From contig CAZPQV010000003.1 of assembly GCA_964588705.1 (NCBI GenBank), positions 12,926 to 76,925 on the forward strand: 64,000 nucleotides of DNA, written 5' to 3'. Below the pieces are notes generated by a model. The model did not search any database and was not told the origin of the DNA. It was given only the letters and a program-made list of their open reading frames with translations. The position numbers and the translations under genes were made by a program. Origin of the DNA: an uncultured Chryseobacterium sp. (GTDB taxonomy: Bacteria; Bacteroidota; Bacteroidia; Flavobacteriales; Weeksellaceae). Below, one piece after another: positions 47,196-56,798 of the stretch; position 1 is the stretch's first letter; every line of letters starts with the position of its first letter.

Positions 47196-48671
47196 ATGAC
47201 ATCAGAAAGCGATTATATTAAAACCGTCTTCGGACTGAAACTGAAACAGCAGCGACAAAAGAAAAACTGGTCACTGCAGGAATTGGCCAATAAAACCGGA
47301 CTTTCAAAGTCATATTTAAATGAAATTGAAAACGGAAAAAAATATCCAAAACACGACAAGATCCTTCAGCTTTCAGAAATTCTGGAATGTAAATTCGACG
47401 ATCTGGTTTCAACAAAACTGGACAAGAGTCTCGCTCCTGTTTCAGAGATTTTGAAATCGGATTTCTTTAAAGAAATTCCTTTGGAGCTTTTTGGAATTAA
47501 CAGAAACAACCTCATCTCCATCATCAGTGATGCGCCGAAAAAGGTAACCGCTTTTATCAATGCACTGATTGAAATTTCGCAAAACTATAACCTTGGAAAA
47601 GACCATTTTTATTTTGCGGTATTGCGCTCATTTCAGGAACTGCAGGATAATTACTTTCCGGATATTGAAGAAAGCGCAAAATCTTTTGCAGAAGAACACC
47701 GTCTTTTTCACGGCAAGGAAATCACACATCCCGATTTAGAAAAAATTCTTTTAGAAAAATTTGAATACACGATCGTTTCAGAAGATTTTGAAAAATTCGG
47801 AGCACTCAAAAAATTACGTTCATTGTTTATTCCGGAGAACAAAACACTGGTTTTAAATCAATTATTAGACGATAATCAGAAGGTTTTTATCCTGGCAAAA
47901 GAAATTGGTTTTAACGTTTTAGAAACCAACTCAAGACCGAACACCTATTCGTGGTTGGATTTTTCAAGTTTTGAGGAATTGGTAAACAATTATTACGCCT
48001 CTTATTTTGCAGGCTGCCTACTGATACAAAAAGAAGAACTTACTGAAGAAGTTCAGGATTTCTTCCAGAAAACTGATTGGAAAGCTTCGCATTTTGAAAA
48101 ACTGATCGACCAGTTCACCAATTCCCCGGAGACATTTTACTACCGTTTAACCAATATTCTTCCTCAGGAATTTGGCTTGAAAGACTTATTTTATCTATGC
48201 TTTACCAAAAAGAAAAATTCAGATAAAATACAGATTATTAAGGAATTGCACCTCAATCAACAACAGGCGCCTCACGCCAATTCAACCAACGAACATTATT
48301 GCAGACGCTGGATTGCAGTGAAAAATCTCGTAAATCTGAAAGAAAATGAGAAGATTACTGGAGCACAAATTTCACATTATAAGGATAGCGGACTTTCTTA
48401 TCTGGTGATTTCCACGTCGCATAAAAATCCTTTTTCAGACGGAACCAACCGAAGCTATTGCCTTGGCATTCAACTGAATCCAAACTCATTAAAGAAAATA
48501 AAATTTGCTAAAAGCGAAAGCGTTGAAACGGTAAATGTTGGTGTAACCTGCGAAACCTGCAGCATCAGTGATTGCGAAGTGAGAATTGCACCTCCGGTGA
48601 GGATTGAGAAAGAAAACTCCAATGAGGAAATGAAACGTTTGATTGAAAAAATCAGAAAAAAATTCATATAA
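47196..48671 (+). CDS. XRE-family transcriptional regulator, RamB/PrpR (short-chain acyl-CoA regulator)-like architecture
   Basis: 491 aa. N-terminal HTH (WSLQELANKTGLSKSYLNEIENGKKYP), a long central domain and a C-terminal Cys cluster (HYCRRW, SYCLG, TCETCSISDC). Divergent from aceB-aceA. Confidence 0.7.
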   Translation: MTSESDYIKTVFGLKLKQQRQKKNWSLQELANKTGLSKSYLNEIENGKKYPKHDKILQLSEILECKFDDLVSTKLDKSLAPVSEILKSDFFKEIPLELFGINRNNLISIISDAPKKVTAFINALIEISQNYNLGKDHFYFAVLRSFQELQDNYFPDIEESAKSFAEEHRLFHGKEITHPDLEKILLEKFEYTIVSEDFEKFGALKKLRSLFIPENKTLVLNQLLDDNQKVFILAKEIGFNVLETNSRPNTYSWLDFSSFEELVNNYYASYFAGCLLIQKEELTEEVQDFFQKTDWKASHFEKLIDQFTNSPETFYYRLTNILPQEFGLKDLFYLCFTKKKNSDKIQIIKELHLNQQQAPHANSTNEHYCRRWIAVKNLVNLKENEKITGAQISHYKDSGLSYLVISTSHKNPFSDGTNRSYCLGIQLNPNSLKKIKFAKSESVETVNVGVTCETCSISDCEVRIAPPVRIEKENSNEEMKRLIEKIRKKFI

Positions 48672-48694
48672 AAATGTTTCAGTATCTTTAAAAG

Positions 48695-49345
48695 ATGCTG
48701 CTCGATGTACTTTTTCCGGAACGATGTTTAAACTGCAACACCATGATTCCAAATCACAATGTAGTTTGTGAGCCTTGTTTTGAGCAAATTCATTTCACAC
48801 ATTGGAATTTTGACGAAGAGCATTTGATGAAGCAAAAATGCAACCTTCTTTTCCCTACCGAAAACGCTTATGCATTAATGCAGTTTGAGAAGGAAAGCTT
48901 AGCCAGAAAAATTGTTCACGACCTTAAATACAGAGGAAGAGAAAAGATTGGAAAGATTCTTTCTGAGTGGATTATCAACAGATTAGACTTCAAAAACAGT
49001 AAACCGGATTTGCTGGTTTCTATTCCGCTTCATCCCAAAAAGCAGAGAAAAAGAGGTTACAATCAGCTGCATTTATTTACAGAAAAACTTTCGGAACATT
49101 TTTATATTCCTTACGAACACGATTTACTGGAACAGAATTACTATAAAAAGGCACAAGCGCTAAAAGACCGTGAAGACCGCGCAAAAGTTCAGAATCAGTT
49201 TTCTTTAAACAGAAAAATCGAGAACCAACATATACTTTTAATCGATGATGTTTTTACCACAGGAAGCACAATGAGCTCCGCAGCGTGGGAAATTTTGAAA
49301 TCTGGGAATAATAAAGTGAGCGTGTTGGTAATGGCTGTAGACTAA
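48695..49345 (+). CDS. comF: ComF family phosphoribosyltransferase-domain protein
   Basis: N-terminal Cys pairs (CLNC ... CEPC) and PRTase motif LLIDDVFTTGST. Confidence 0.85.
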   Translation: MLLDVLFPERCLNCNTMIPNHNVVCEPCFEQIHFTHWNFDEEHLMKQKCNLLFPTENAYALMQFEKESLARKIVHDLKYRGREKIGKILSEWIINRLDFKNSKPDLLVSIPLHPKKQRKRGYNQLHLFTEKLSEHFYIPYEHDLLEQNYYKKAQALKDREDRAKVQNQFSLNRKIENQHILLIDDVFTTGSTMSSAAWEILKSGNNKVSVLVMAVD

Positions 49346-49501
49346 TCTTGCTTTTTCCCAAAATAAAAAAGTGCAGCAATCACTATGAAACCAATGCCGG
49401 TAACCGTTGGCGGCTGTATTCCACCTTTTACGCCAAGGTAAATCATATAAACACCCTACAAAACCAATATTACCGAAAGTATATTCTTCATTTTAATAAA
49501 A

Positions 49502-50152
49502 TTACCGTTGAAGTTTTTCACCATAACTTAAATCACCGGCATCGCCTAAACCGGGCGTGATATACCCTTTTGAAGTCAGGTTTTCGTCCACAGCACCAAT
49601 CCAGATATGCGCTTCCGGATAAGCATTTTGCAATGTTTCCACTCCGATTTTTGATGCAATGGCCGCAACAATATGAAGTTGAGTTGGCTTTCCGTGATTT
49701 AATAAATCTTTCAAAGCTTCAATTAAACTCGCACCGGTGGCCATCATCGGATCTGCTACGATTAAAGGTCTGCTATCGATATTCGGGCAGGTTAAATAAT
49801 CCTGCTTGATGGAAAAATAATCGTTGGCATCGTGCTTTCTGTAAGCAGCAACGAATCCGCAATCGGCTTTATCAAAATAATTTAAAATCCCTTGAAACAA
49901 AGGAACTCCTGCACGTAAAATCGTAGTAATCACCGGCTGCACCGCAATTTCTTTAACTCTGATTTTATCTAAAGGCGACTGAATTTCCAATTCTTTCTGA
50001 TCCAAACCTTTAGAGATTTCAAAAGCTGCAATTTCGCCAATCCGTTCCATATTTCTGCGAAACTTCATGCGGTCCTGCTGAACTTCAATATTTCTTAAAT
50101 CGTTGATCCAAGAATTAACGAGCGAGAATTGGTTGGAAAGAATTGTTACCAT
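49502..50152 (-). CDS. upp: uracil phosphoribosyltransferase
   Basis: ATG at 50152 (MVTILSNQ). ILRAG, VADPMMATGAS and YITPGLGDAGD. Confidence 0.92.
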   Translation of the reverse strand: MVTILSNQFSLVNSWINDLRNIEVQQDRMKFRRNMERIGEIAAFEISKGLDQKELEIQSPLDKIRVKEIAVQPVITTILRAGVPLFQGILNYFDKADCGFVAAYRKHDANDYFSIKQDYLTCPNIDSRPLIVADPMMATGASLIEALKDLLNHGKPTQLHIVAAIASKIGVETLQNAYPEAHIWIGAVDENLTSKGYITPGLGDAGDLSYGEKLQR

Positions 50153-50219
50153 ATTGTTTATGCTTCTAAGCAAATTTACTAATAAACTTGAAAATTTTTG
50201 CCGGCTTTTACAGTTTAAA

Positions 50220-51530
50220 CTATTTCTGTCTGAAATAAATTTCAATAGGAACTCCCGTAAATCCAAAATGCTTTCTCAATTGGTTTTCTGTAAAGCGTTT
50301 GTACGGATCTTTCACATATTGTGGAAGGTTACAGAAAAATACGAACTGCGGTGAAGGCGTTCCCAACTGTACACAGTATTTTATTTTGATATATTTCCCT
50401 TTGAGAGCAGGTGGCGGACTGTTTTCGAAAATCGGCAACATCACTTCATTCAGTTTAGAAGTTTTGATTTTTTTCTTTCTGTTTTCGTAAACCTCCATTG
50501 CGCTATCTACGGCTTTCAGGATTCTTTGCTTCGTTAAAGCCGAGACAAAAAGCACGGGAATATCGGTAAACATTCCGATTTTGTTTTTAATGGCAGCTTC
50601 GAAATCACGCATGGTATTGGTTTTCTTGTCTTCCACCAAATCCCATTTATTGACAAGAATTACAATTCCTTTTCTGTTTTTTTGTGCAATTCCAAAAATA
50701 TTCATGTCCTGAGATTCCCAACCCTGCGTAGCATCAACCATGATAATCACCACATCGGAATTTTCAATCGCACGAACAGAACGCATTACCGAGTAAAACT
50801 CCAAATCTTCACTCACACGGGATTTACGGCGCATTCCGGCAGTATCTACCAACACAAATTCGTGCCCGAATTTATTGTAAAGCGTTTCGATGGAATCCCT
50901 GGTTGTTCCGGCGATATCGGTCACGATATTTCTCTCGTTATCCAGAAGTGCATTGGTTAAAGTTGATTTCCCAACATTTGGTCTTCCGGCGATAGTTATT
51001 CTTGGCAGTCCTTCGAATGGATCTTTGTATTCTTTATTAGGGAAGTCTTTTACAATATCATCCAGCAATTCTCCTGTTCCGGAACCGGTAGCCGAAGACA
51101 TGGTGTAATACTTTTCAATTCCTAATGAATAAAATTCGGTAGCTGCAAGTTCTTCTTTAGCAGAATCCACTTTATTAACCACTATATACGTTGGTTTTTG
51201 TGAACGGCGAAGCATCTCGTACATTTCCTTATCGGTGTCTGTAAGTCCTTCTTCTACATTCAGCATGAAGATGATGGAAGTGGCCTCATCAATAGCCAAC
51301 TGTACCTGTTTGGAGATTTCCTCCTGAAAAATATCTTCTGTGTTTACTTCGTAACCTCCGGTGTCGATAACGGTGAACTCTACGCCATTCCAGTCCGATT
51401 TCCCGTAATGACGGTCGCGGGTAACTCCGGCGGTTGAATCTACGATAGCCTCTCTTTTCTCGAGAAGTCTGTTAAAAAGTGTTGATTTTCCTACGTTGGG
51501 ACGCCCAACGATTGCGACAATATTGCTCAT
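50220..51530 (-). CDS. der: ribosome biogenesis GTPase Der (EngA)
   Basis: Two GTPase domains (GRPNVGKST twice, DTGG/DTAG, NKVD/NKWD) plus a KH-like C-terminus. Confidence 0.95.
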   Translation of the reverse strand: MSNIVAIVGRPNVGKSTLFNRLLEKREAIVDSTAGVTRDRHYGKSDWNGVEFTVIDTGGYEVNTEDIFQEEISKQVQLAIDEATSIIFMLNVEEGLTDTDKEMYEMLRRSQKPTYIVVNKVDSAKEELAATEFYSLGIEKYYTMSSATGSGTGELLDDIVKDFPNKEYKDPFEGLPRITIAGRPNVGKSTLTNALLDNERNIVTDIAGTTRDSIETLYNKFGHEFVLVDTAGMRRKSRVSEDLEFYSVMRSVRAIENSDVVIIMVDATQGWESQDMNIFGIAQKNRKGIVILVNKWDLVEDKKTNTMRDFEAAIKNKIGMFTDIPVLFVSALTKQRILKAVDSAMEVYENRKKKIKTSKLNEVMLPIFENSPPPALKGKYIKIKYCVQLGTPSPQFVFFCNLPQYVKDPYKRFTENQLRKHFGFTGVPIEIYFRQK

Positions 51531-51638
51531 AAATTTTCTCTTCGATTCCGCTCAGAGTGGTAAAACACTGCTAAAATCTGACGGAATCCTTTAGTTAAGA
51601 ATGGGTTACCCGGACTTTCCGAGCCCAAAAAATTTTTG

Positions 51639-51646
51639 CAAAGATA
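51639..51646 (-). promoter_or_regulatory. -7 box TATCTTTG within the 12-mer ATTATCTTTGCA
   Basis: 108 nt upstream of the der ATG. Confidence 0.4.
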
Positions 51647-51704
51647 ATATTTTGAAAATTAGCTAAATGTTTTTTTGTAAATTCACACTGTTAAAAAAAA
51701 TGCT

Positions 51705-52178
51705 ATGAAAAAAATCCTCATCATTTTAGCAGTATTATTCGTCATCATTCAGTTTTTTAGAATTGACAAAACTAATCCGCCGGTAAATGAGGGAATGGAT
51801 TTCCTAACCATAAAAAATACTCCGGAAAATGTGGCTTCGAAAATCAGAGCGTCCTGCTACGATTGCCACAGCAACGAAACGAAATATCCCTGGTATTCAA
51901 ATGTTCAGCCGGTTGCGTGGTTCCTGAAAAGCCATATCGACGAAGGTCGAACAAAACTCAATTTCTCAACTTTTGCAACTTATGAACCGAAAAGACAGGC
52001 CCACAAACTGGCAGAAGCGGTTGAAATGGTTGAAACCGGAGAAATGCCGATGGAATCATATCTTTTGGCACATCCTGAAGCTAAACTTACACAGGAAGAA
52101 AGACAGATGATTATCGATTATTTCAGAAAAATAGAATCTGAAACCCGCGCATCACACAATCTTCCTACAGAAAATTAA
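51705..52178 (+). CDS. heme-binding domain-containing protein
   Basis: 157 aa with N-terminal TM segment. SCYDCHSNETKYPWYSNVQPVAWFLKSHIDEGRTKLNFS matches the Haem_bd-type domain. Confidence 0.75.
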   Translation: MKKILIILAVLFVIIQFFRIDKTNPPVNEGMDFLTIKNTPENVASKIRASCYDCHSNETKYPWYSNVQPVAWFLKSHIDEGRTKLNFSTFATYEPKRQAHKLAEAVEMVETGEMPMESYLLAHPEAKLTQEERQMIIDYFRKIESETRASHNLPTEN

Positions 52179-52187
52179 TACATAATT

Positions 52188-52592
52188 TTGACAGACGAAA
52201 CCAAATATTACGTTTTTTACGACGGCGACTGTGGTTTTTGCAACTACTGGGTGAAATGGATTATTAAAAACGATAAAAAAGATCAGTTCAGATTTTCTGC
52301 TTTGCAATCTAATTTCGGACAACAGTTTTTATGGCAGAGAAATCTGGACCGCAATCAGTTCAATACGCTTTATCTTTGGAAGCCAAATTCTTTTTACCTC
52401 GTAAAATCGGAGGCAGTTTCAAAAATTGCAAAAATTCTTGGAGGTAAGCATGCGCTTTTGGCTAATTTGAATATTCTTCCAAGATTTCTATCGGATTCGA
52501 TTTATGATAAAATTGCTAAAAACAGAGACAAACTGAGTTCTCAAAAATGTTTTGTTCCTACGGAAAAAGAACGCAAGAAATTCGTCGATTAA
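52188..52592 (+). CDS. thiol-disulfide oxidoreductase DCC family protein (DUF393)
   Basis: TTG start. YDGDCGFCN motif. Confidence 0.8.
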   Translation: MTDETKYYVFYDGDCGFCNYWVKWIIKNDKKDQFRFSALQSNFGQQFLWQRNLDRNQFNTLYLWKPNSFYLVKSEAVSKIAKILGGKHALLANLNILPRFLSDSIYDKIAKNRDKLSSQKCFVPTEKERKKFVD

Positions 52593-52613
52593 CTTTTTAA
52601 TAATAAAGAAACA

Positions 52614-53282
52614 ATGCCCAAATCCACTATATTTGCAGATATGGAATACAATACAGAAAGAAATCCTCTATATATGCCGGAATACGGCCGCATCATACAG
52701 CAGTTGGTAGAGCGTTGCCGCGAACTTCCAACCAAGGAAGAACGTAATGAAATGGCGCATGCAATCATCGATTTTATGGGGCAGCGCAATCCGCAACTTC
52801 GGGATGAGGACAACTATAAACACAAACTTTGGGACCATCTTTTTATACTCGCCGATTTCGATTTGGATGTAGATTCTCCGTATCCGATTCCGCCAAAAGG
52901 AGAAAGAATGATTAAGCCAAAGAAAATGGAATATCCTAAACTTCAGGGCGATTTTAAATTCTATGGCAAGAGTATTCTTCAGCTGATTGAACTTGCAATA
53001 CAGCAGGAAGATGGCGAAGAAAAGGAAGCGCTGATTGAAGTGATTGCCAACAACATGAAGAAATCCTACAACATCTACAACAAAGAACACGTTACGGATG
53101 ATGTGATTTTCAGACATTTAAAGGAGCTTTCAGAAGACCGTTTAGATCTTACCAGTATCGATTCGCTTGAAAAAAGTAAAATTTATCACGTCAATAAAAA
53201 CAAAGGTCAGCAGAAAAATCAAAGCCAAAATCAGAACAGAAACAGGCAGAGAAACAATCAAAATAAAAACCGCAGAAAATAA
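52614..53282 (+). CDS. DUF4290 domain-containing protein
   Basis: MEYNTERNPLYMPEYGRIIQQLV block and a Gln/Asn/Arg-rich tail. Sits directly upstream of murA, as is usual in Bacteroidota. The start could instead be the ATG at 52641. Confidence 0.7.
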   Translation: MPKSTIFADMEYNTERNPLYMPEYGRIIQQLVERCRELPTKEERNEMAHAIIDFMGQRNPQLRDEDNYKHKLWDHLFILADFDLDVDSPYPIPPKGERMIKPKKMEYPKLQGDFKFYGKSILQLIELAIQQEDGEEKEALIEVIANNMKKSYNIYNKEHVTDDVIFRHLKELSEDRLDLTSIDSLEKSKIYHVNKNKGQQKNQSQNQNRNRQRNNQNKNRRK

Positions 53283-54589
53283 TGAGTGGAATATTCCAAA
53301 TCAGAGGAGGAAAAAGACTTCACGGCGACATTACGCCACAGGGAGCAAAAAATGAAGCATTACAGATTTTATGTGCGGTGCTGCTAACCGGCGAGGAAGT
53401 GCGGGTAAAAAACATTCCCGATATCCACGATGTGAACCGCCTGATAGAAATCCTTGGAGATTTCGGGGTGAAAATTACGAAAAACGGACACGGCGATTAT
53501 ACTTTTAAGGCGGATGATATCAATTTCGATTATATAAAATCTAAAGAATTTAAGAAAGACGGCGCGAAACTGAGAGGTTCCATCATGCTGCTCGGCCCGA
53601 TGCTGGCAAGATTTGGGGAGGCATGTATGCCAACACCGGGAGGCGATAAAATCGGAAGAAGAAGGTTGGATACTCATTTCCAAGGGTTTGTAGAATTAGG
53701 CGCAGAGTTTTCGTATGATGAAGAAGAGCATTTCTATTCGCTGAAAGCCAAGGAGCTTACAGGTAAATTTATTCTGCTGGAAGAAGCATCTGTAACCGGA
53801 ACCGCCAACATCGTGATGGCAGCAGTTTTGGCCAAAGGAAAAACCAGAATTTACAACGCCGCATGTGAACCTTATCTGCAGCAACTGTGTAAAATGCTGA
53901 ACCGAATGGGTGCACAGATTTCCGGAATCGGTTCGAATTTACTGACTATTGAAGGCGTTACAGAACTTCACGGAACAGAACATATGATGCTGCCGGACAT
54001 GGTGGAAATCGGTTCGTGGATTGGAATGGCAGCCATGACGAAATCCGAAATCACCATCAAAAATGTCAACTGGAATCAGTTGGGTGTTATTCCAAATACA
54101 TTCAGAAAATTGGGAATTCAGCTTGAACAAAGCGGAGACGATATTTATATTCCGGCACAGGAAAATTATAAAATTCAGAAGTTTATCGACGGTTCCATTC
54201 TCACGGTTTCCGATGCGCCGTGGCCGGGCTTCACTCCGGATTTGCTTTCCATCGTTTTGGTGGTGGCAACACAGGCAAAAGGAACAGTTCTGATTCATCA
54301 AAAAATGTTTGAATCGAGATTATTTTTCGTGGATAAACTGATTGATATGGGAGCACAGATTATTCTTTGCGATCCGCACAGAGCAACAGTTGTTGGATTG
54401 AATCACGAATTCCCGCTTCGCGGAACAACGATGACTTCAACTGACATCAGAGCCGGAAACGCTTTGCTGATTGCCGCACTTTCTGCCGAAGGAAAATCCA
54501 TCATTCATAATATTGAACAGATCGACCGTGGTTACGAAAATATCGATGGCCGACTACGAGCTTTAGGTGCCGATATTGAAAGAATATAG
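53282..54589 (+). CDS. murA: UDP-N-acetylglucosamine 1-carboxyvinyltransferase
   Basis: 435 aa. GAKNEALQILCAVLL and PGGDKIGRRRLDTH (Asp in place of the fosfomycin-target Cys, by eye). Confidence 0.95.
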   Translation: MSGIFQIRGGKRLHGDITPQGAKNEALQILCAVLLTGEEVRVKNIPDIHDVNRLIEILGDFGVKITKNGHGDYTFKADDINFDYIKSKEFKKDGAKLRGSIMLLGPMLARFGEACMPTPGGDKIGRRRLDTHFQGFVELGAEFSYDEEEHFYSLKAKELTGKFILLEEASVTGTANIVMAAVLAKGKTRIYNAACEPYLQQLCKMLNRMGAQISGIGSNLLTIEGVTELHGTEHMMLPDMVEIGSWIGMAAMTKSEITIKNVNWNQLGVIPNTFRKLGIQLEQSGDDIYIPAQENYKIQKFIDGSILTVSDAPWPGFTPDLLSIVLVVATQAKGTVLIHQKMFESRLFFVDKLIDMGAQIILCDPHRATVVGLNHEFPLRGTTMTSTDIRAGNALLIAALSAEGKSIIHNIEQIDRGYENIDGRLRALGADIERI

Positions 54590-54591
54590 TG

Positions 54592-54619
54592 CTGGAAGCC
54601 GGAGACACGAAGCTTGAAG
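54592..54619. repeat. phased heptamer array, NNNGAAG class
   Basis: CTGGAAG CCGGAGA CACGAAG CTTGAAG, starting 3 nt after the murA stop. Confidence 0.8.
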
Positions 54620-54647
54620 CCATTTATTAATAAAATGAAAAAAAAAC

Positions 54648-54679
54648 GAAGGCATTTAGAATTCTAGATGCTTTCTTTA
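54648..54679 (+). terminator. probable terminator downstream of murA
   Basis: Imperfect 13-bp stem GAAGGCATTTAGA/TCTAGATGCTTTC followed by TTT. Confidence 0.5.
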
Positions 54680-54683
54680 TAAA

Positions 54684-55697
54684 ATGACCAACCAAAAAAA
54701 CATATCGAGCAGCAATCTCATCACCAAACTCACGGCTCTTTGGGCGGTCAGCGAAAGTGGTTTGGGCGGAATTTTTCACGCAATGAAACTGCCTTTCACC
54801 GGGCTTATTCTCGGCAGTTTTGCCGTGATGATTGTAAGTTTTATTGCTCTTAATTCAGAAAAAAAATTCAGAGCCATACTTCAGGCAACGCTGATTGTCA
54901 TTCTGATTAAAGCCATCGCAAGTCCGCACTCGCCTTTCACCGCGTATGTTGCGGTGATGTTTCAGGGGGTAATTGGCGGAGTGATTTATTCCTTGTTTAA
55001 AGTCAGTAATTTTTCGGCGGTTCTATACGGAATCATCGCGCTGCTTGAAAGCGCTTTACAGAAACTTCTGATGATGGTTCTGATTTTCGGAGTGAATATT
55101 TGGGAAGCTTTTCAGGAATTTTTTCAGGGCTTGGCAAAGCAGTTCAATATGCAAAGTCTCGTTCATTTGCCGTGGCTGATTGTCGGCATCTACTGCTTCG
55201 CATACCTCATCGGTGGAATTTTGGCGGGAATTTCGGCTGTAAAACTTCCGGAAGCCATTCAGAAAGAAGCGTTGCAAATTCGTGATGAAACTATAGATTT
55301 TGACGAAACCAACAGCACTCCCAAAAAACGGAAAAGCAAAACCAGATTTATCGGATTGGCTTTTATTCTGTTTTTCATTGTGACGGTTTTCGTATTTTCG
55401 GGTTCGCTCAATAAGGCAATGTATGCGCTGCTCCGGACTTTAGGAGCCATTGCACTGTTATTTTTCGTTGTAAATCCCTTATTCAAATATCTTCTGGGAA
55501 GATGGAAAGATTCGCAGAAACTGAAAAAACAAAAGCAACTCAACAATGTTCTGGAATTTGTGCCGGAATTTAAAAGCTATGCCGGAAAAGCAAGAATAAT
55601 TGCCTCGCAAGAAACTTCAAACTACAGAAAACTCAGAAAATTTGTGCTTACCTGGATGGCGCTGGCGCTTTATCATCAAAATGAATCCAAGCTGTAA
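54684..55697 (+). CDS. hypothetical polytopic membrane protein
   Basis: 337 aa with about 7 hydrophobic segments and a basic loop KKRKSKTR. No family recognised. First gene of a same-strand cluster with the MobA-like and FdhD genes. Confidence 0.6.
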   Translation: MTNQKNISSSNLITKLTALWAVSESGLGGIFHAMKLPFTGLILGSFAVMIVSFIALNSEKKFRAILQATLIVILIKAIASPHSPFTAYVAVMFQGVIGGVIYSLFKVSNFSAVLYGIIALLESALQKLLMMVLIFGVNIWEAFQEFFQGLAKQFNMQSLVHLPWLIVGIYCFAYLIGGILAGISAVKLPEAIQKEALQIRDETIDFDETNSTPKKRKSKTRFIGLAFILFFIVTVFVFSGSLNKAMYALLRTLGAIALLFFVVNPLFKYLLGRWKDSQKLKKQKQLNNVLEFVPEFKSYAGKARIIASQETSNYRKLRKFVLTWMALALYHQNESKL

Positions 55698-55712
55698 ATC
55701 AGAAATTTATCA

Positions 55713-56762
55713 ATGAAAAGTATCTTCATATTCTCGGATGAAATCGGCATCGGCAAAACGACCACACTCAAAGAATGGGTGAAGCATAACGTCGGAATTA
55801 CAGGATTTTTATCTCCATTAATTAATAGTGAACGCCATTTTCAGAATATTGAAACCGGAGAAACTCAACCGATGGAAACGAAGAATGAAGGTCTTGAAAT
55901 CGGCAAACATAATTTCAATCCGAAAGTTTTTGAATGGGCTGAAATTGAAATTTACAGACAGTTTCAATCAGATAAGAAATGGTTGGTTATTGATGAAATC
56001 GGTCCTTTGGAAATCAGGAAAGAAAAAGGGTTTCACCAGTTGTTATTGAAACTTTTCAAAGAATATTCTGATGAAAAACCAAATCTGCTTTTTGTGCTCA
56101 GAGATTTTATGGTGGAAGAATTCATTGAAAAATATGACCTGAAAAAAGTGAAAATTCTTCCTAAGAATTTCTTCAAAAACCAAGAGCTGCAACCGTTGAA
56201 AGGTCTTGTTCTGTGCGGTGGTAGAAGCAAACGCATGGAATCCGACAAAGCCTTGCTGAAATATTCCAACGAAATTCAGTGGAAGAAAATCAGAAGAATG
56301 CTTGATCCGTTTTGTAATGAAGTTGCTGTTTCCGTCAATAATGTACAGTGGAAAAACTGGGCTTCAAAGGAAGAAGGGAGTTTCATTTTGGATGCAGGGC
56401 GTTTCAAAAACAATGGTCCGTTTACCGGACTGATGAGTGCCAATGAAAAATTTTCAAACACCGGATTTTTTGTCCTAGGCATCGATTATCCTTATTTGGA
56501 AACCCGACATTTGGTGACACTTTTTAATGCCAGAGAAGAAAACTTTGATGCGGTTTGTTTTGAAAAAAACGGATTTACAGAGCCTCTGATTTCCATTATT
56601 GAAGAAAATGCAACGGCTAAACTTCAGGATTTTTTTAAAAACGGTGGAAATTCGATCAATCAATTTCTGAAGCAGATTAATACAAAGAAGGTAAGAGTAT
56701 CTAACACCGATTTTCTTACCAATATCAATCATAAAGAAGATTTCCTTAAATTTAACTCGTGA
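55713..56762 (+). CDS. fusion protein: THEP1/DUF2478-like P-loop NTPase + MobA-like molybdenum cofactor guanylyltransferase domain
   Basis: N-terminal half has Walker A DEIGIGKTT and Walker B WLVIDEIGPLE. C-terminal half starts LKGLVLCGGRSKRMESDKALL, a MobA/NTP-transferase signature. Confidence 0.7.
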   Translation: MKSIFIFSDEIGIGKTTTLKEWVKHNVGITGFLSPLINSERHFQNIETGETQPMETKNEGLEIGKHNFNPKVFEWAEIEIYRQFQSDKKWLVIDEIGPLEIRKEKGFHQLLLKLFKEYSDEKPNLLFVLRDFMVEEFIEKYDLKKVKILPKNFFKNQELQPLKGLVLCGGRSKRMESDKALLKYSNEIQWKKIRRMLDPFCNEVAVSVNNVQWKNWASKEEGSFILDAGRFKNNGPFTGLMSANEKFSNTGFFVLGIDYPYLETRHLVTLFNAREENFDAVCFEKNGFTEPLISIIEENATAKLQDFFKNGGNSINQFLKQINTKKVRVSNTDFLTNINHKEDFLKFNS

Positions 56763-56798
56763 TTATTTATGGCAAATGATTGAAGGTGATTTCTTAAT

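Noticed and set aside
49348-49560. 70-aa plus-strand ORF after comF
   Set aside because: It runs antisense into the 3' end of upp, has TTG-start type coordinates and shows no recognisable features.
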